A DNA stretch of 16,457 nt from Candidatus Micrarchaeota archaeon (GCA_043810635.1 JBDRNY010000056.1:1-16457), one strand, 5' to 3'; numbered from the stretch's first letter, positions 1-8,520 are shown. Notes: generated by a model not told the origin, from the sequence alone. Program-made: numbers and translations.

Positions 1-1
1 A

Positions 2-1123
2 ATGGTCGCAAAGAATTTTTTAATCATCTGCCAGACATGTGGCAAGAAGTTCTACGTCATTCGGTCAAGAGCGTTATCAAAGAATGTCAAATATTGCTCT
101 CATGCTTGTTATGCAATTTCCCTAAAAGGAAAAATCCCTTGTAATACGGTTATCACAAGAGTTGAGCGAAAATGTGCCACCTGTGGAAAATCATTCTACG
201 CTAGACAATACAAAATAAGAGAAGGCAAGGGCAAATACTGTAGTAAAAAATGTTCTGTTGCAGCCCAAAGAAAACACTTTCGTGGCGTGCTTGATATAAA
301 AGAAATTACCAGATTGTATCTTGAAGAAAAAATGGCTATACGGAGAATAGCTGAGAGATATAATTGCAATGAAAAAAGAATTTCAGAACTCCTACACAGA
401 AGCAGATGTCAATTAAGAAGTCTCAGTGAAGTACAAAAAAGCAAAGTTCATTTTGTCACGAAGAAGAAAATTCGTGATGATGACATTATTCGGGATTATC
501 AATCAGGTTTGGGCAGTCGAGAGATAGCAAATAAGTATGCGTGTAGCCCAGCAATGGTTCTTCAACGTATGAAAAGACTTAGAATCAAGCGGAGAGATGG
601 AAAAGAAGCTGGTAAAGTGTTTAGAGCCAGTCCACGGTTCAAGGATTGGCAAAGAAAACAGAGTGAAGCTAAGAAGATAACCCAAGGGACACCAGAAGCA
701 AGGGAATTTCATAGGAGGAAAATATTGAAACAATACTCCTCAGGAACTTTTCCAAAACAAACCAACACAGCCCCCGAGCGCGCGGTGAAACAAGAGCTTG
801 TTAATCGGGGGTATGTTGAAGGCGTTGACTTCGTTCATCAATTCAAATTTTATGATAAGTTCATGTGCGACTTTGTTTTTCCACAGCAAAAAGTAGTGGT
901 TGAGTGCGATGGGGACTTTTGGCACGCGAACCCAGTGCGGTATGCGAGGAAGCCACTCAAACCTGCGCAAAAAGCTACCTTGCGGTTAGACAAAGCCAAG
1001 GAAGCATACGTTCGAACGGTTGACAACGGTTCGTGGACGCTCCTCCGCTTCTGGGAATCGGATATAAAAAAAGATGCAAGTCGATGTGTTGACAAAATTG
1101 AACTCGCTCTCAAAAAAAGATGA
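2..1123 (+). CDS. Putative homing-type endonuclease: two Cys4 zinc fingers, two HTH repeats and a C-terminal Vsr/DUF559 (EDxHD-like) nuclease domain; may be 5'-incomplete
   Basis: Zinc-finger repeats CQTC..KYCSHAC and CATC..KYCSKKC. HTH-like repeats ITRLYLEEKMAIRRIAERYNC and IIRDYQSGLGSREIANKYAC. Nuclease motifs TAPE, CDFVFP, VVVECDGDFWH and WTLLRFWESDI. The ORF starts at the window edge. Confidence 0.8.
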   Translation: MVAKNFLIICQTCGKKFYVIRSRALSKNVKYCSHACYAISLKGKIPCNTVITRVERKCATCGKSFYARQYKIREGKGKYCSKKCSVAAQRKHFRGVLDIKEITRLYLEEKMAIRRIAERYNCNEKRISELLHRSRCQLRSLSEVQKSKVHFVTKKKIRDDDIIRDYQSGLGSREIANKYACSPAMVLQRMKRLRIKRRDGKEAGKVFRASPRFKDWQRKQSEAKKITQGTPEAREFHRRKILKQYSSGTFPKQTNTAPERAVKQELVNRGYVEGVDFVHQFKFYDKFMCDFVFPQQKVVVECDGDFWHANPVRYARKPLKPAQKATLRLDKAKEAYVRTVDNGSWTLLRFWESDIKKDASRCVDKIELALKKR

Positions 1124-1270
1124 GGAGTAGCTTTCCAGTGTTTTCCATTGGATTTTTATATAATTATGGTTAGTGTCCGCCCATTTTTGAGCATTCATGT
1201 GATGGGCAGCTTGATAATTCCTTCTACTTTGCATGCATTCGACATTTAGAAAAGGTTAAAAACCGCCCAT

Positions 1271-1322
1271 TGTATAAATAGTAACAATAACTATTAGTTG
1301 AAATACTCGCAAATATAGGTGA
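1271..1322 (+). promoter_or_regulatory. TATA box (TATAAATA, 1273-1280) and SD (AGGTGA, 1317-1322); probable native rps8e promoter
   Basis: Archaeal TATA-like element followed by a GGTGA ribosome-binding site just upstream of ATG 1329. Confidence 0.55.
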
Positions 1323-1328
1323 AAATTG

Positions 1329-1404
1329 ATGACAAAAGGAAATTATCATAATCCGATTAAAACAAAGTCAAGCGGCACTGGGGGCAGAAGAAAGAGGATG
1401 GAAG
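1329..1404 (+). repeat. Direct repeat copy 1 of the rps8e 5' end (copy 2 at 1995-2070)
   Basis: 76 bp with 3 mismatches (ACA/GCA, ACT/ACA, GGC/GGT). Both copies are preceded by AGGTGAAAA. Confidence 0.95.
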
Positions 1405-1532
1405 CACTCAAACTTCCATATCTGGAAGAAAAAGGCCGGCTTCCATCACGAAAAGGCAAAGTAATTGCCTGGGCGATTGAAGAACTAGCTAAAGTAAAGG
1501 AAACAGAAAAGAGAGGCGATGGAATTGGATGA
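1329..1532 (+). CDS. Chimeric ORF: first 25 codons of rps8e fused to an unrelated, possibly ribbon-helix-helix-like tail
   Basis: MTKGNYHNPIKTKSSGTGGRRKRME matches the eS8 N-terminus at 1995 except for residue 2, then diverges to ALKLPYLEEKGRLPSRKGKVIAWAIEELAK. SD at 1317-1322. Confidence 0.6.
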   Translation: MTKGNYHNPIKTKSSGTGGRRKRMEALKLPYLEEKGRLPSRKGKVIAWAIEELAKVKETEKRGDGIG

Positions 1533-1647
1533 AGGACTAGCACAAAAGGTACTCGGAATAGTCGGCATGGTAACAATAGTATTCGTTTGGTACTTATGGA
1601 GCAAAAGCAAAAAGAAAGACAAAAAGAAAATAAATCAGGGCGCATGA
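1519..1647 (+). CDS. Small single-pass membrane protein, 42 aa (not in the ORF track)
   Basis: Manual translation gives MELDEGLAQKVLGIVGMVTIVFVWYLWSKSKKKDKKKINQGA: a hydrophobic helix followed by a Lys-rich tail. GAGG lies just upstream, and the stop is 1 nt before ATG 1649. Confidence 0.7.
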   Translation: MELDEGLAQKVLGIVGMVTIVFVWYLWSKSKKKDKKKINQGA

Positions 1648-1648
1648 A

Positions 1649-1990
1649 ATGGTAAAAATACTAACAGCCGAAAACGGGAGAACGCTCCTTGAAAAGGGAG
1701 GCAGAGAAAAGACAAACAAATGGGCAAGCTCCCTAACAACCGAGGAGGCAATCGCAATACGGCTTTACATACTTCAAAGCAAGTACGGCCTACGAGAAGG
1801 ATACGCCGCGCTGATTAAAAGAATTACAAGCGATATTGAGAAGCTGCCAAAGAAAAGGCAAGCACCATACGAGAAGAAACTCGAACAAGGGATAACCATC
1901 GCCTCAAGCGTTGTAGAGGCACTAAAAGTGCTAGCAACAGCCGGGGAAGATATAAAAGAAAAGACAGGAACAGAAAATATGTACAGGTGA
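1649..1990 (+). CDS. Hypothetical protein, 113 aa
   Basis: Tightly packed ORF whose TGA stop lies within the AGGTGA SD of rps8e. No recognisable motif. Confidence 0.65.
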   Translation: MVKILTAENGRTLLEKGGREKTNKWASSLTTEEAIAIRLYILQSKYGLREGYAALIKRITSDIEKLPKKRQAPYEKKLEQGITIASSVVEALKVLATAGEDIKEKTGTENMYR

Positions 1991-1994
1991 AAAA

Positions 1995-2384
1995 ATGGCA
2001 AAAGGAAATTATCATAATCCGATTAAAACAAAGTCAAGCGGCACAGGGGGTAGAAGAAAGAGGATGGAAGGCAAGAAATTGTGCTATTGCGGAAACCCTG
2101 CAACAAATACAAAAGTGGGCGAAAAGCAGGTTAGGGGAAGGAAGAATGCAAGGGGAAATTGTGTAAAAATAAAGCTGAAAATGTGCCATCTTATCAATGT
2201 AAGGGATAAGGAAGGGAAAATTAAGAGAGTGAAAATGAAAAACGTGCTTGAAACCCCTGGCAACCCCCACAATGCAAGGCAGAATATTATTACAAAAGGG
2301 GCAATTGTTGATACTGAGGCAGGGAAAGCCAAAGTTACTAACAGAGTGGGGCAGGATGGAGTAGTTAACGGCGTGCTTGTTTAA
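1995..2384 (+). CDS. rps8e: 30S ribosomal protein S8e (eS8)
   Basis: Motifs TGGRR, RGNCVKIKL, NPHNARQNIITKGAIVDT and AKVTNRVGQDGVVNGVL; 129 aa; SD AGGTGA at 1985-1990. Confidence 0.97.
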   Translation: MAKGNYHNPIKTKSSGTGGRRKRMEGKKLCYCGNPATNTKVGEKQVRGRKNARGNCVKIKLKMCHLINVRDKEGKIKRVKMKNVLETPGNPHNARQNIITKGAIVDTEAGKAKVTNRVGQDGVVNGVLV

Positions 2385-2410
2385 ATTATACCATTATTTT
2401 TCTCCATCTA

Positions 2411-2427
2411 CAACAACATTTATATAC
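2411..2427 (+). promoter_or_regulatory. TATA box (TTTATATA, 2419-2426) for a probably leaderless transcript
   Basis: Consensus TATA 23-30 nt upstream of ATG 2449. Confidence 0.55.
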
Positions 2428-2448
2428 CCTAAAATCCATATATTTAGC

Positions 2449-3117
2449 ATGAAAAAAGCATTTCTAATTGTACCCTTAACTATCCTTACTTTGGTGGCAG
2501 GGAGCTTTGCGGCAAGGGCTCAGAATAAAGTAGGCAGCTTGGCTCAGAAAATGCCGGTGCCGGGAGTTAGTAAAGAAATCAATATTGACAGCTTGAGAAA
2601 TGCATTTTTGCAAAATAGATTACTAGACACTATAGAAATAGAGCATTGGACAGAAATAGAAACAGATTCTGCATTTAAGAAAAAGCTTGTGCAGGCTGTA
2701 TTGGATGAAATACATAATATAAGAAAAGAGAGGTGGGCAGACACTTCAAGGGCTGTGCCTCATCCAAAATATATGGAAATAGCCCAGCAAAGGGCTGAAA
2801 GAGAAGCATATGCGGAAACAGATTCGATAAAACACAGAGAAGATGATTTGAACGAATGCATAGGAGTTTGTATTGTGGATAAGATTAGTCCTGAGAGCAT
2901 TGAAAAAGCGGTTTTGGCAGAAGTAAGAAAATTGATGGAGGAAGAATGGCATGGGAAAATAATTGGAAAAAATGGCAATGGGGAGAATTATATTGGAATT
3001 GGAATTGCGCCAATGGCAAGAGTAGAAAAATGCGCGAATGTGATTAATGTGCAGCATGGGCGCATTGTGATAAATATTATTTTTGCAGAAAATAGGAAAG
3101 GGAAAGGCAAAAAGTAA
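2449..3117 (+). CDS. Secreted CAP/SCP-domain protein (divergent)
   Basis: Start revised to ATG 2449, giving the signal peptide MKKAFLIVPLTILTLVAGSFAARA. CAP-like pattern: EIHNIRKER...EIAQQRAE...KH...NECIG...LMEEEWHGKIIG...YIGIGIA. Confidence 0.65.
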   Translation: MKKAFLIVPLTILTLVAGSFAARAQNKVGSLAQKMPVPGVSKEINIDSLRNAFLQNRLLDTIEIEHWTEIETDSAFKKKLVQAVLDEIHNIRKERWADTSRAVPHPKYMEIAQQRAEREAYAETDSIKHREDDLNECIGVCIVDKISPESIEKAVLAEVRKLMEEEWHGKIIGKNGNGENYIGIGIAPMARVEKCANVINVQHGRIVINIIFAENRKGKGKK

Positions 3118-3162
3118 TAATAAGTATATGCCCGAAATCTGCTTATGCTTATACTGTTTAAA

Positions 3163-5340
3163 ATGCAATTATTAGAAGGAGAAGAGCCTGAAAAAAAGAT
3201 TAAAAAACCCCTTAAAAAACAGGTGGAGGAAAGAAGGGAGAATATTCCGCCTCCGAGGAGGAAGCCGACAAAAACTTCTGCTAATGAAAATGAAGAGGGG
3301 GAGGGGAAAAAGAAGTATGAGCTGAAGCCTATTAGAAAAAAAGAGAAGGGGATAGTGCCTTCAAGAGTCTGGCGGGAAGAAGAGGAGGAAGATATCGGGG
3401 GGAAAGAAAAGAGGGAAGGAATTGAAGAAGAGCCGGAATTGCTTGAATATAAGCCTGAAAAAGCGGTAAAAAAAGAAATCCCGAAAAAAGAAAAGGAAAT
3501 TCCTGCTTCTGGGCAGGAAAAGGAAGTAATTAATCTGGGGGATGGACAGGTCAAAAGAAAGGATATTGCAGAAAGCATTTTAAGCAAAGAATTTTATTTT
3601 GATGAAGATATTTCGGATTTGGTTCAATTTTTGTCAAGAAGCAGGCAGGATTTCTTTGTTGAATGGCCTGAAATAGAGGGAAACGAGTATTTGATATTTG
3701 CGCCAAAAACCAAGGAGCTGCCTGTAAGCGTTGATGATGTGCCCAGGATTAGGTTTAGGAATGAGTTTGACCTGGAAATAGATAAATGGGTAGATGCAGT
3801 GGTGGAAGCGATTGGGGGAAATGTGAGGAAGGCAAAAATAATTGCTATTGTAACTCTTGAAAATCCGAATCCGACTCAGGAGGATTTGAATGAAAGGATA
3901 AGGGATGTGATGGTTCGAAAATTGAAGGATAGGGGGGTGCTTGAGGAAAATATTTTGATTAAAGTGGAGGCAATGACCTTTGAAAAGCTGGCAGGGTTGC
4001 TGGATTTGTATCCTTGGGATGAATTGAAAGCAAGGATTGTGGAGAGGGCAATAGATGAGAATGGGGCGAGTTTTCTTGAATCCGAAGAATTGGCAGAAAA
4101 ATTTGGTGAGGAAAAATTGGAAGCGGTTGCAGATGCAAATAATTCCAAAAAATTGAAAGATGCGCTTACAGCGCTTGGAAGCGGGAAGGTATTTTTCCCT
4201 GAAATAAGCGATGACTGGATTTATGATGAGCAAAGGAAAGCAAGCATAACCAAAACTTATGATGTGAAAGGAAATACGCTGGAAGATGTTTATGCAAGTA
4301 TTGATGGGAAGCAGGTAAGAGTGAAGCATTCTATGGGGGAAGGCATATTTACGTTTTATTTTGATGAAAAAAAGAAAATTGCTACAGTGCTGAGCAATGG
4401 GGTTTATGTGCCTATTTCTGAATTTGTGAAAAATAAGGGGGAGAGGGCGCGCATAGAAACACTGGGAGGGACATGGATTTTTACAATGGTAAAAACGAAC
4501 GAGGGGGAGAGGGTGATAAATCCTGAATTTGAGAAAGTTTCATTCCATGCAGTGGTTGACCCGTCATTGCAAGTGGTAAGCGATTTTATGAAAAAAGTTT
4601 GGGCAAATATAAACGGAATATTCGGGCATTTGAAAGAAAATGACAGTGAAATAAGCATAGGAGAGGGCAGAACTGGATTGGAAGGCCCGGAATTTGATAA
4701 AAATGATCCGCTAAATTATGAAAGATATTTCAGAATTCTTCTTGAAGATTATGAAGTTTATAAAGAATACAACCATCTTTCAGAAGATGATAAAAAGAAG
4801 CTCCTAAAATCTGTGAGAAAGAAAATTGAGCGCCCTGAATTTAAGAAAAAGAGCATAATAATTTTCGGTGATTTGGCATGCACAGATTTAAATGCAATTA
4901 TATCAGAGAGCACAAAGAAGAAAGTGGGGGAGTTTCTTAAAAAAAGAGGAATAAAAGTGTATATGATTGCTGCGGCGCCTGAGAAATATTATGGATTTGG
5001 AGATTCGAGTGGAACCCCGGGAGTTCGTTTGCAGGTGCGGAAAGCGTACAGGGAAGGGAAGAGAGGCTCATTGGTAGGAAGGAGCCCGAAGAAATTTTTG
5101 AAAACAAAAGACCAGCTTAAGATTATGGCAACTTTGGTGGGTGCGGAGGAGATGAAGCATTACACTGGAAAATACCCTGCCTCAGAAAGTGAGGAAGGCG
5201 GGGAGGTTAAATGGACGGAGGCAAAAGGGCCATTTGGGTGGGTGGTATGGATAAAAGGCTCTATTGACAATGAAGAAAGGTATAAACTGTTTATTTCAAA
5301 ACTAAATGATGTTATTTATGAAATAAAAGAGCCCAGGTGA
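3163..5340 (+). CDS. Large hypothetical protein with a charged disordered N-terminus and degenerate VWA-like segments
   Basis: Long ORF with purine-rich coding bias. Start could be 3145 or 3163. Patterns FHAVVDPS, KKSIIIFGD, LKKRGIKVYMIA and LKIMATLVGA. Confidence 0.7.
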   Translation: MQLLEGEEPEKKIKKPLKKQVEERRENIPPPRRKPTKTSANENEEGEGKKKYELKPIRKKEKGIVPSRVWREEEEEDIGGKEKREGIEEEPELLEYKPEKAVKKEIPKKEKEIPASGQEKEVINLGDGQVKRKDIAESILSKEFYFDEDISDLVQFLSRSRQDFFVEWPEIEGNEYLIFAPKTKELPVSVDDVPRIRFRNEFDLEIDKWVDAVVEAIGGNVRKAKIIAIVTLENPNPTQEDLNERIRDVMVRKLKDRGVLEENILIKVEAMTFEKLAGLLDLYPWDELKARIVERAIDENGASFLESEELAEKFGEEKLEAVADANNSKKLKDALTALGSGKVFFPEISDDWIYDEQRKASITKTYDVKGNTLEDVYASIDGKQVRVKHSMGEGIFTFYFDEKKKIATVLSNGVYVPISEFVKNKGERARIETLGGTWIFTMVKTNEGERVINPEFEKVSFHAVVDPSLQVVSDFMKKVWANINGIFGHLKENDSEISIGEGRTGLEGPEFDKNDPLNYERYFRILLEDYEVYKEYNHLSEDDKKKLLKSVRKKIERPEFKKKSIIIFGDLACTDLNAIISESTKKKVGEFLKKRGIKVYMIAAAPEKYYGFGDSSGTPGVRLQVRKAYREGKRGSLVGRSPKKFLKTKDQLKIMATLVGAEEMKHYTGKYPASESEEGGEVKWTEAKGPFGWVVWIKGSIDNEERYKLFISKLNDVIYEIKEPR

Positions 5341-5344
5341 AATA

Positions 5345-5773
5345 ATGCTGAGCGCACTGAAAGTAGGAAGTGAAAAGGAAATTGAGGAAATATTGGAAAG
5401 GATTAAGGGGAATGGATATAAAGCCGCTTTGCTGGATGAGGAAGCAGTTTGCTGTTTGGAGCAGTTGGAAGGGGCTTATTTTCTTGCAAAAAAAAGTGTG
5501 AAAGAGGGAAAGGAAATTTCAAAAAATATTGGAATTGAATTTTTGCTATGGCTTTCGGGAAGCGGGCATGTGGAAAATGCTATTGGAAAAGTGGGGGCAA
5601 AAAAGAAGGAAAATATGGTGTTTGTTTTGTTTGATGGAAGCGAGAAAGAGGCGGGAAGGAAGGCGGGGGAAATTGGATTAAAAGTAAATGGAAAAGTGGA
5701 AAAGGCGGGGGAGAAAAGAAAAGAGGAAATTAAAAAAATTATTGAAAAAATGGCAATTTCCAGGATAAGTTAA
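5345..5773 (+). CDS. cgi121: KEOPS complex subunit Cgi121
   Basis: Pattern QLEGAYFLAKKS..ISKNIGIEFLLWLSGSGHVENAIGKVGAK and terminal IIEKMAISRI; size fits. Confidence 0.88.
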   Translation: MLSALKVGSEKEIEEILERIKGNGYKAALLDEEAVCCLEQLEGAYFLAKKSVKEGKEISKNIGIEFLLWLSGSGHVENAIGKVGAKKKENMVFVLFDGSEKEAGRKAGEIGLKVNGKVEKAGEKRKEEIKKIIEKMAISRIS

Positions 5774-6954
5774 GCTCTTCTTTCTTTTGAAATATATCTG
5801 TAAATCATGTCCCTGTCAAGGGTAATGTCTAAGCCGAGCATTTTGTGGACAAATATTATGATGTCTATTGCTTTTTCGGTTTCTAATTTGCTTTTATTTA
5901 TAATGTCTGCAATTGAGCGGGATTTGCCGATTAATTGGTAAATTAGAATTCCGTCCCTTCCGTACATTTTGTATACATTAAGCCCGTCATCCCCGTACCT
6001 GTGGCGCAATTCTGTGCGCGTTAATTGCTTGAATTGGATAAGGTTGTTTTTTCCTAATTCGCCGAGTATTATGTCCAAATCTGAAAGAGCAAGCCCGGAT
6101 TCTATTGCAATCTGCACAAAATCCCTTTCCCCGTCAACATATTTCAAAAGCATATTGCCCACTTTTCCGAATTTTAAAGAAAGGATGGCAGATATTTGGG
6201 CTTTTTTAATAAATGAAATATTTGGGAGGATTACCGGCACATCCACAGGAATCATATCCGGCGGAAAATCTTCCCTTGCGCGGGGAATGTCAGAAACCGG
6301 CTTTGGCTCCACCATCGGCTCAAACCCTATTGGCTCTTCCTTTTGTTTGGAAGTGCGCATTCTGGAAGAAGGCATGGAAGGTCCGCGCGCTTTTCCAATT
6401 CTTGGGCGCGGAGGGGGGCGTGAAGAAGGCGGGGGTGCTTTGCCCGGCCTTTCCAATTTGATTATTCCTTTTTCGTTCATAAATTCAAGCATTTCAACAA
6501 GCTTTGTTTCAGACACTCCGGTTTCGTTGAGTATTTGCTCTGCAGTGCGCTCCCCGTCTATTAATGAATACACTTTCAATCCCACCTCCCCGTATTTTTC
6601 AAAAATTGTTTTTTCCATTGGGGAAAGGTTTTCTTTCGGGGGGGTGAGAGTTTCGGTTTCATCAATCATAACAGGGGATGGTTCTGCAAATTCTTCGCCC
6701 TCTCCGGAAGAGGGAGTGTCTTGCTTGCTTATCATGCCGTGTGTCAGCATAAAATCCAATATTTTGGAAAATTCGTCTGGATTGAGGGAAAGCGCCGCCT
6801 GCACCTGCACCGCGCGCTTGGCACCGTCAAAAGAATTGTAAATTCTTACAGCATTTGGGCCGAATGCCTTAAGCAGCCTGCTTTTGTTTTTAAATTTGTC
6901 AATAGGCTCCAGTTCATCTCTGGAATATACTGCGTTCCAATCCGACCAGCCCAT
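5770..6954 (-). CDS. Protein with four tandem winged-helix-like repeats and a Pro-rich linker
   Basis: Start revised to ATG 6954 (MGWSDW) to avoid overlap with the divergent gene. Repeats: FGPNAVRIYNSFDGAKRAVQV, YGEVGLKVYSLIDGERTAEQI, FGKVGNMLLKYVDGERDFVQI and YGRDGILIYQLIGKSRSIADI. Confidence 0.8.
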   Translation of the reverse strand: MGWSDWNAVYSRDELEPIDKFKNKSRLLKAFGPNAVRIYNSFDGAKRAVQVQAALSLNPDEFSKILDFMLTHGMISKQDTPSSGEGEEFAEPSPVMIDETETLTPPKENLSPMEKTIFEKYGEVGLKVYSLIDGERTAEQILNETGVSETKLVEMLEFMNEKGIIKLERPGKAPPPSSRPPPRPRIGKARGPSMPSSRMRTSKQKEEPIGFEPMVEPKPVSDIPRAREDFPPDMIPVDVPVILPNISFIKKAQISAILSLKFGKVGNMLLKYVDGERDFVQIAIESGLALSDLDIILGELGKNNLIQFKQLTRTELRHRYGDDGLNVYKMYGRDGILIYQLIGKSRSIADIINKSKLETEKAIDIIIFVHKMLGLDITLDRDMIYRYISKERRA

Positions 6955-7018
6955 ATAAAACCCTAAAATAAGAGGTGCATAGCAACCTTTAAAAGACTTA
7001 GAATGGCACCGAGATAAT

Positions 7019-8518
7019 ATGGGGCTGGAAGATTTTCTTATCAGTACGGGAGTGGATGCCCTAATCAAGCTGGTGCACAGCAAAGGAAAAATAGAAATTA
7101 AGGATGCTGCAAGAGCTTTGAAAATGCCTGTTTCCACTATTGAAGATTGGGCGCGCACCCTGGAATCCGAAGGATTGGTTAAAATCCAATATCAATTGAC
7201 TAAAGAATATTTGGTTTGGGCAGGCTTTGGAAAAGAAGAGTATGGGAAGAGGAGAGAGGATGTTGAGGTAAGGAAAGATGAAACTCTCCGGAAATTGGAA
7301 GGGCTGAAAAAGACGGTTGACCAGAATGTTGAGGAAATTTCTGATTTGGAACAGCAGTTTGAGGGTGTAAAGCAGAAAAACGAGCAGGAAATAGATCTGA
7401 TTGCAGGGGATTATCGGGAAGCTTCGCAGCTCTTGATTCAGGCGCAGAATTCTATTGATTAAAAAAAGGTGAATTTGCAAAATCTTCTTTCAGAGCTTGA
7501 GAAAGCAAGAGTGGAATTGAATGCTTTTGAAAAAATTGTTAAAAAAAGCGAATCTTCAAAAAGCGGAGGGGGGAAGGATGCAAAGCAGCTTATGCAGGCC
7601 CTTGAAAGCGCATCCTCAAGGCTGGAGGGAAAAATACAAAAAGCTGCAAAAGATTTTGAACAAGTGACAATGAAGGTGGAGGCAATAAGAAACCAGCTTG
7701 ATGAAGATAAGAGCGCGGCTGAAATTGAAAAAATGAGAAATGAGCTGGATGAAATTAAATTTGTGCGCACAGAGCTTTTGAAATCCGCAAAATCTTTGCT
7801 TGTGGAAGTAAAGGCAATGGGGGAGAAAACAGATGCAATAACCGGAAAGATTAGGGCTATTCAGCAGGCAAGAAATGTAAAAACAAGCCCCCAGATATTG
7901 AGAGAGGAAGTTGAAGAAATATATGGAAAAGCGGTGAGGGACAGCCAGGAAATAATGAATGAATTGCAGAATAATTTGATGGTTGTAAGAAAGCAGGTGC
8001 AGGATTATTCGCAGACGGCATACCAATACCAGAATATTAAGGCGCATTTAAACAGCATACAAACCCAGTATTCCAGGGAAAGCGGGGAGCTTGACAAAAT
8101 GCTTACAGTGCTTGAGGAGGCGCAGGGCAGGTATATGCAAGATTTGCAGAAATCAAAAGAGTCGCTTGGAGGGCAGAAGGCAGAATATGATGAAATGGTT
8201 GGAAAAGCAAAAAGAATCGAGCTTGTGCTTGACAACATACATTCATTAAAAGCTGAAGGAAAGAAATTGTCCACAAAATTGAAAGGGTTGATGATGGAAT
8301 CCCAGGTTGTGGATATGGCATACCCCGGAACCAAGAAAGGAATGAGTGCAAGGGCAGGAAGGGGAAGAAGGGAGGTTGACAGTGTATTGCCCCAAGAGCT
8401 TGTGCAGAAAATAAACCTTAGTGCGGAAGAGGAAAAAGCTTTTGACAAGAAGAGGCAGGAATTGCGCTGGCTTATTCACAAAATGTCAAAACAAGACAGA
8501 AGCCCGAGCGGGGCGTGA
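7019..8518 (+). pseudogene. N-terminal winged-helix plus long coiled-coil protein interrupted by one in-frame TAA (7460-7462); nonsense allele, split gene or sequencing error
   Basis: ORFs 7019-7462 and 7469-8518 share a frame (GAT TAA AAA AAG GTG) and the coiled-coil character continues across the stop. The N-terminus TGVDALIKLVHSKGKIEIKDAARALKMPVSTIEDWARTLESEGLVKI is wHTH-like. Confidence 0.7.
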
Positions 8519-8520
8519 AA

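Noticed and set aside
1110..1148. Minus-strand mini-ORF MENTGKLLLIFF*, possibly a gene start truncated by the endonuclease insertion
   Set aside because: Only 12 codons, the nearby TATA-like sequence is too close to the ATG, and no second copy is visible in the window.
1120..1271. Possible box C/D sRNA or intron RNA after the endonuclease (GCCCAT..ATGGGC stem, CCGCCCATT repeated twice)
   Set aside because: No properly spaced RUGAUGA/CUGA pair or recognisable intron core, and the repeats are too short to exceed chance.
5969..6841. 290-aa plus-strand ORF and the other long antisense ORFs in the track (for example 2988-3587, 3634-4329, 13475-14062, 15160-15732)
   Set aside because: They are shadows of well-supported genes on the opposite strand, with Ser/Phe-rich composition and no motifs.
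7460..7462. Stop-codon reassignment of TAA
   Set aside because: TAA terminates rps8e, cgi121 and fic normally.
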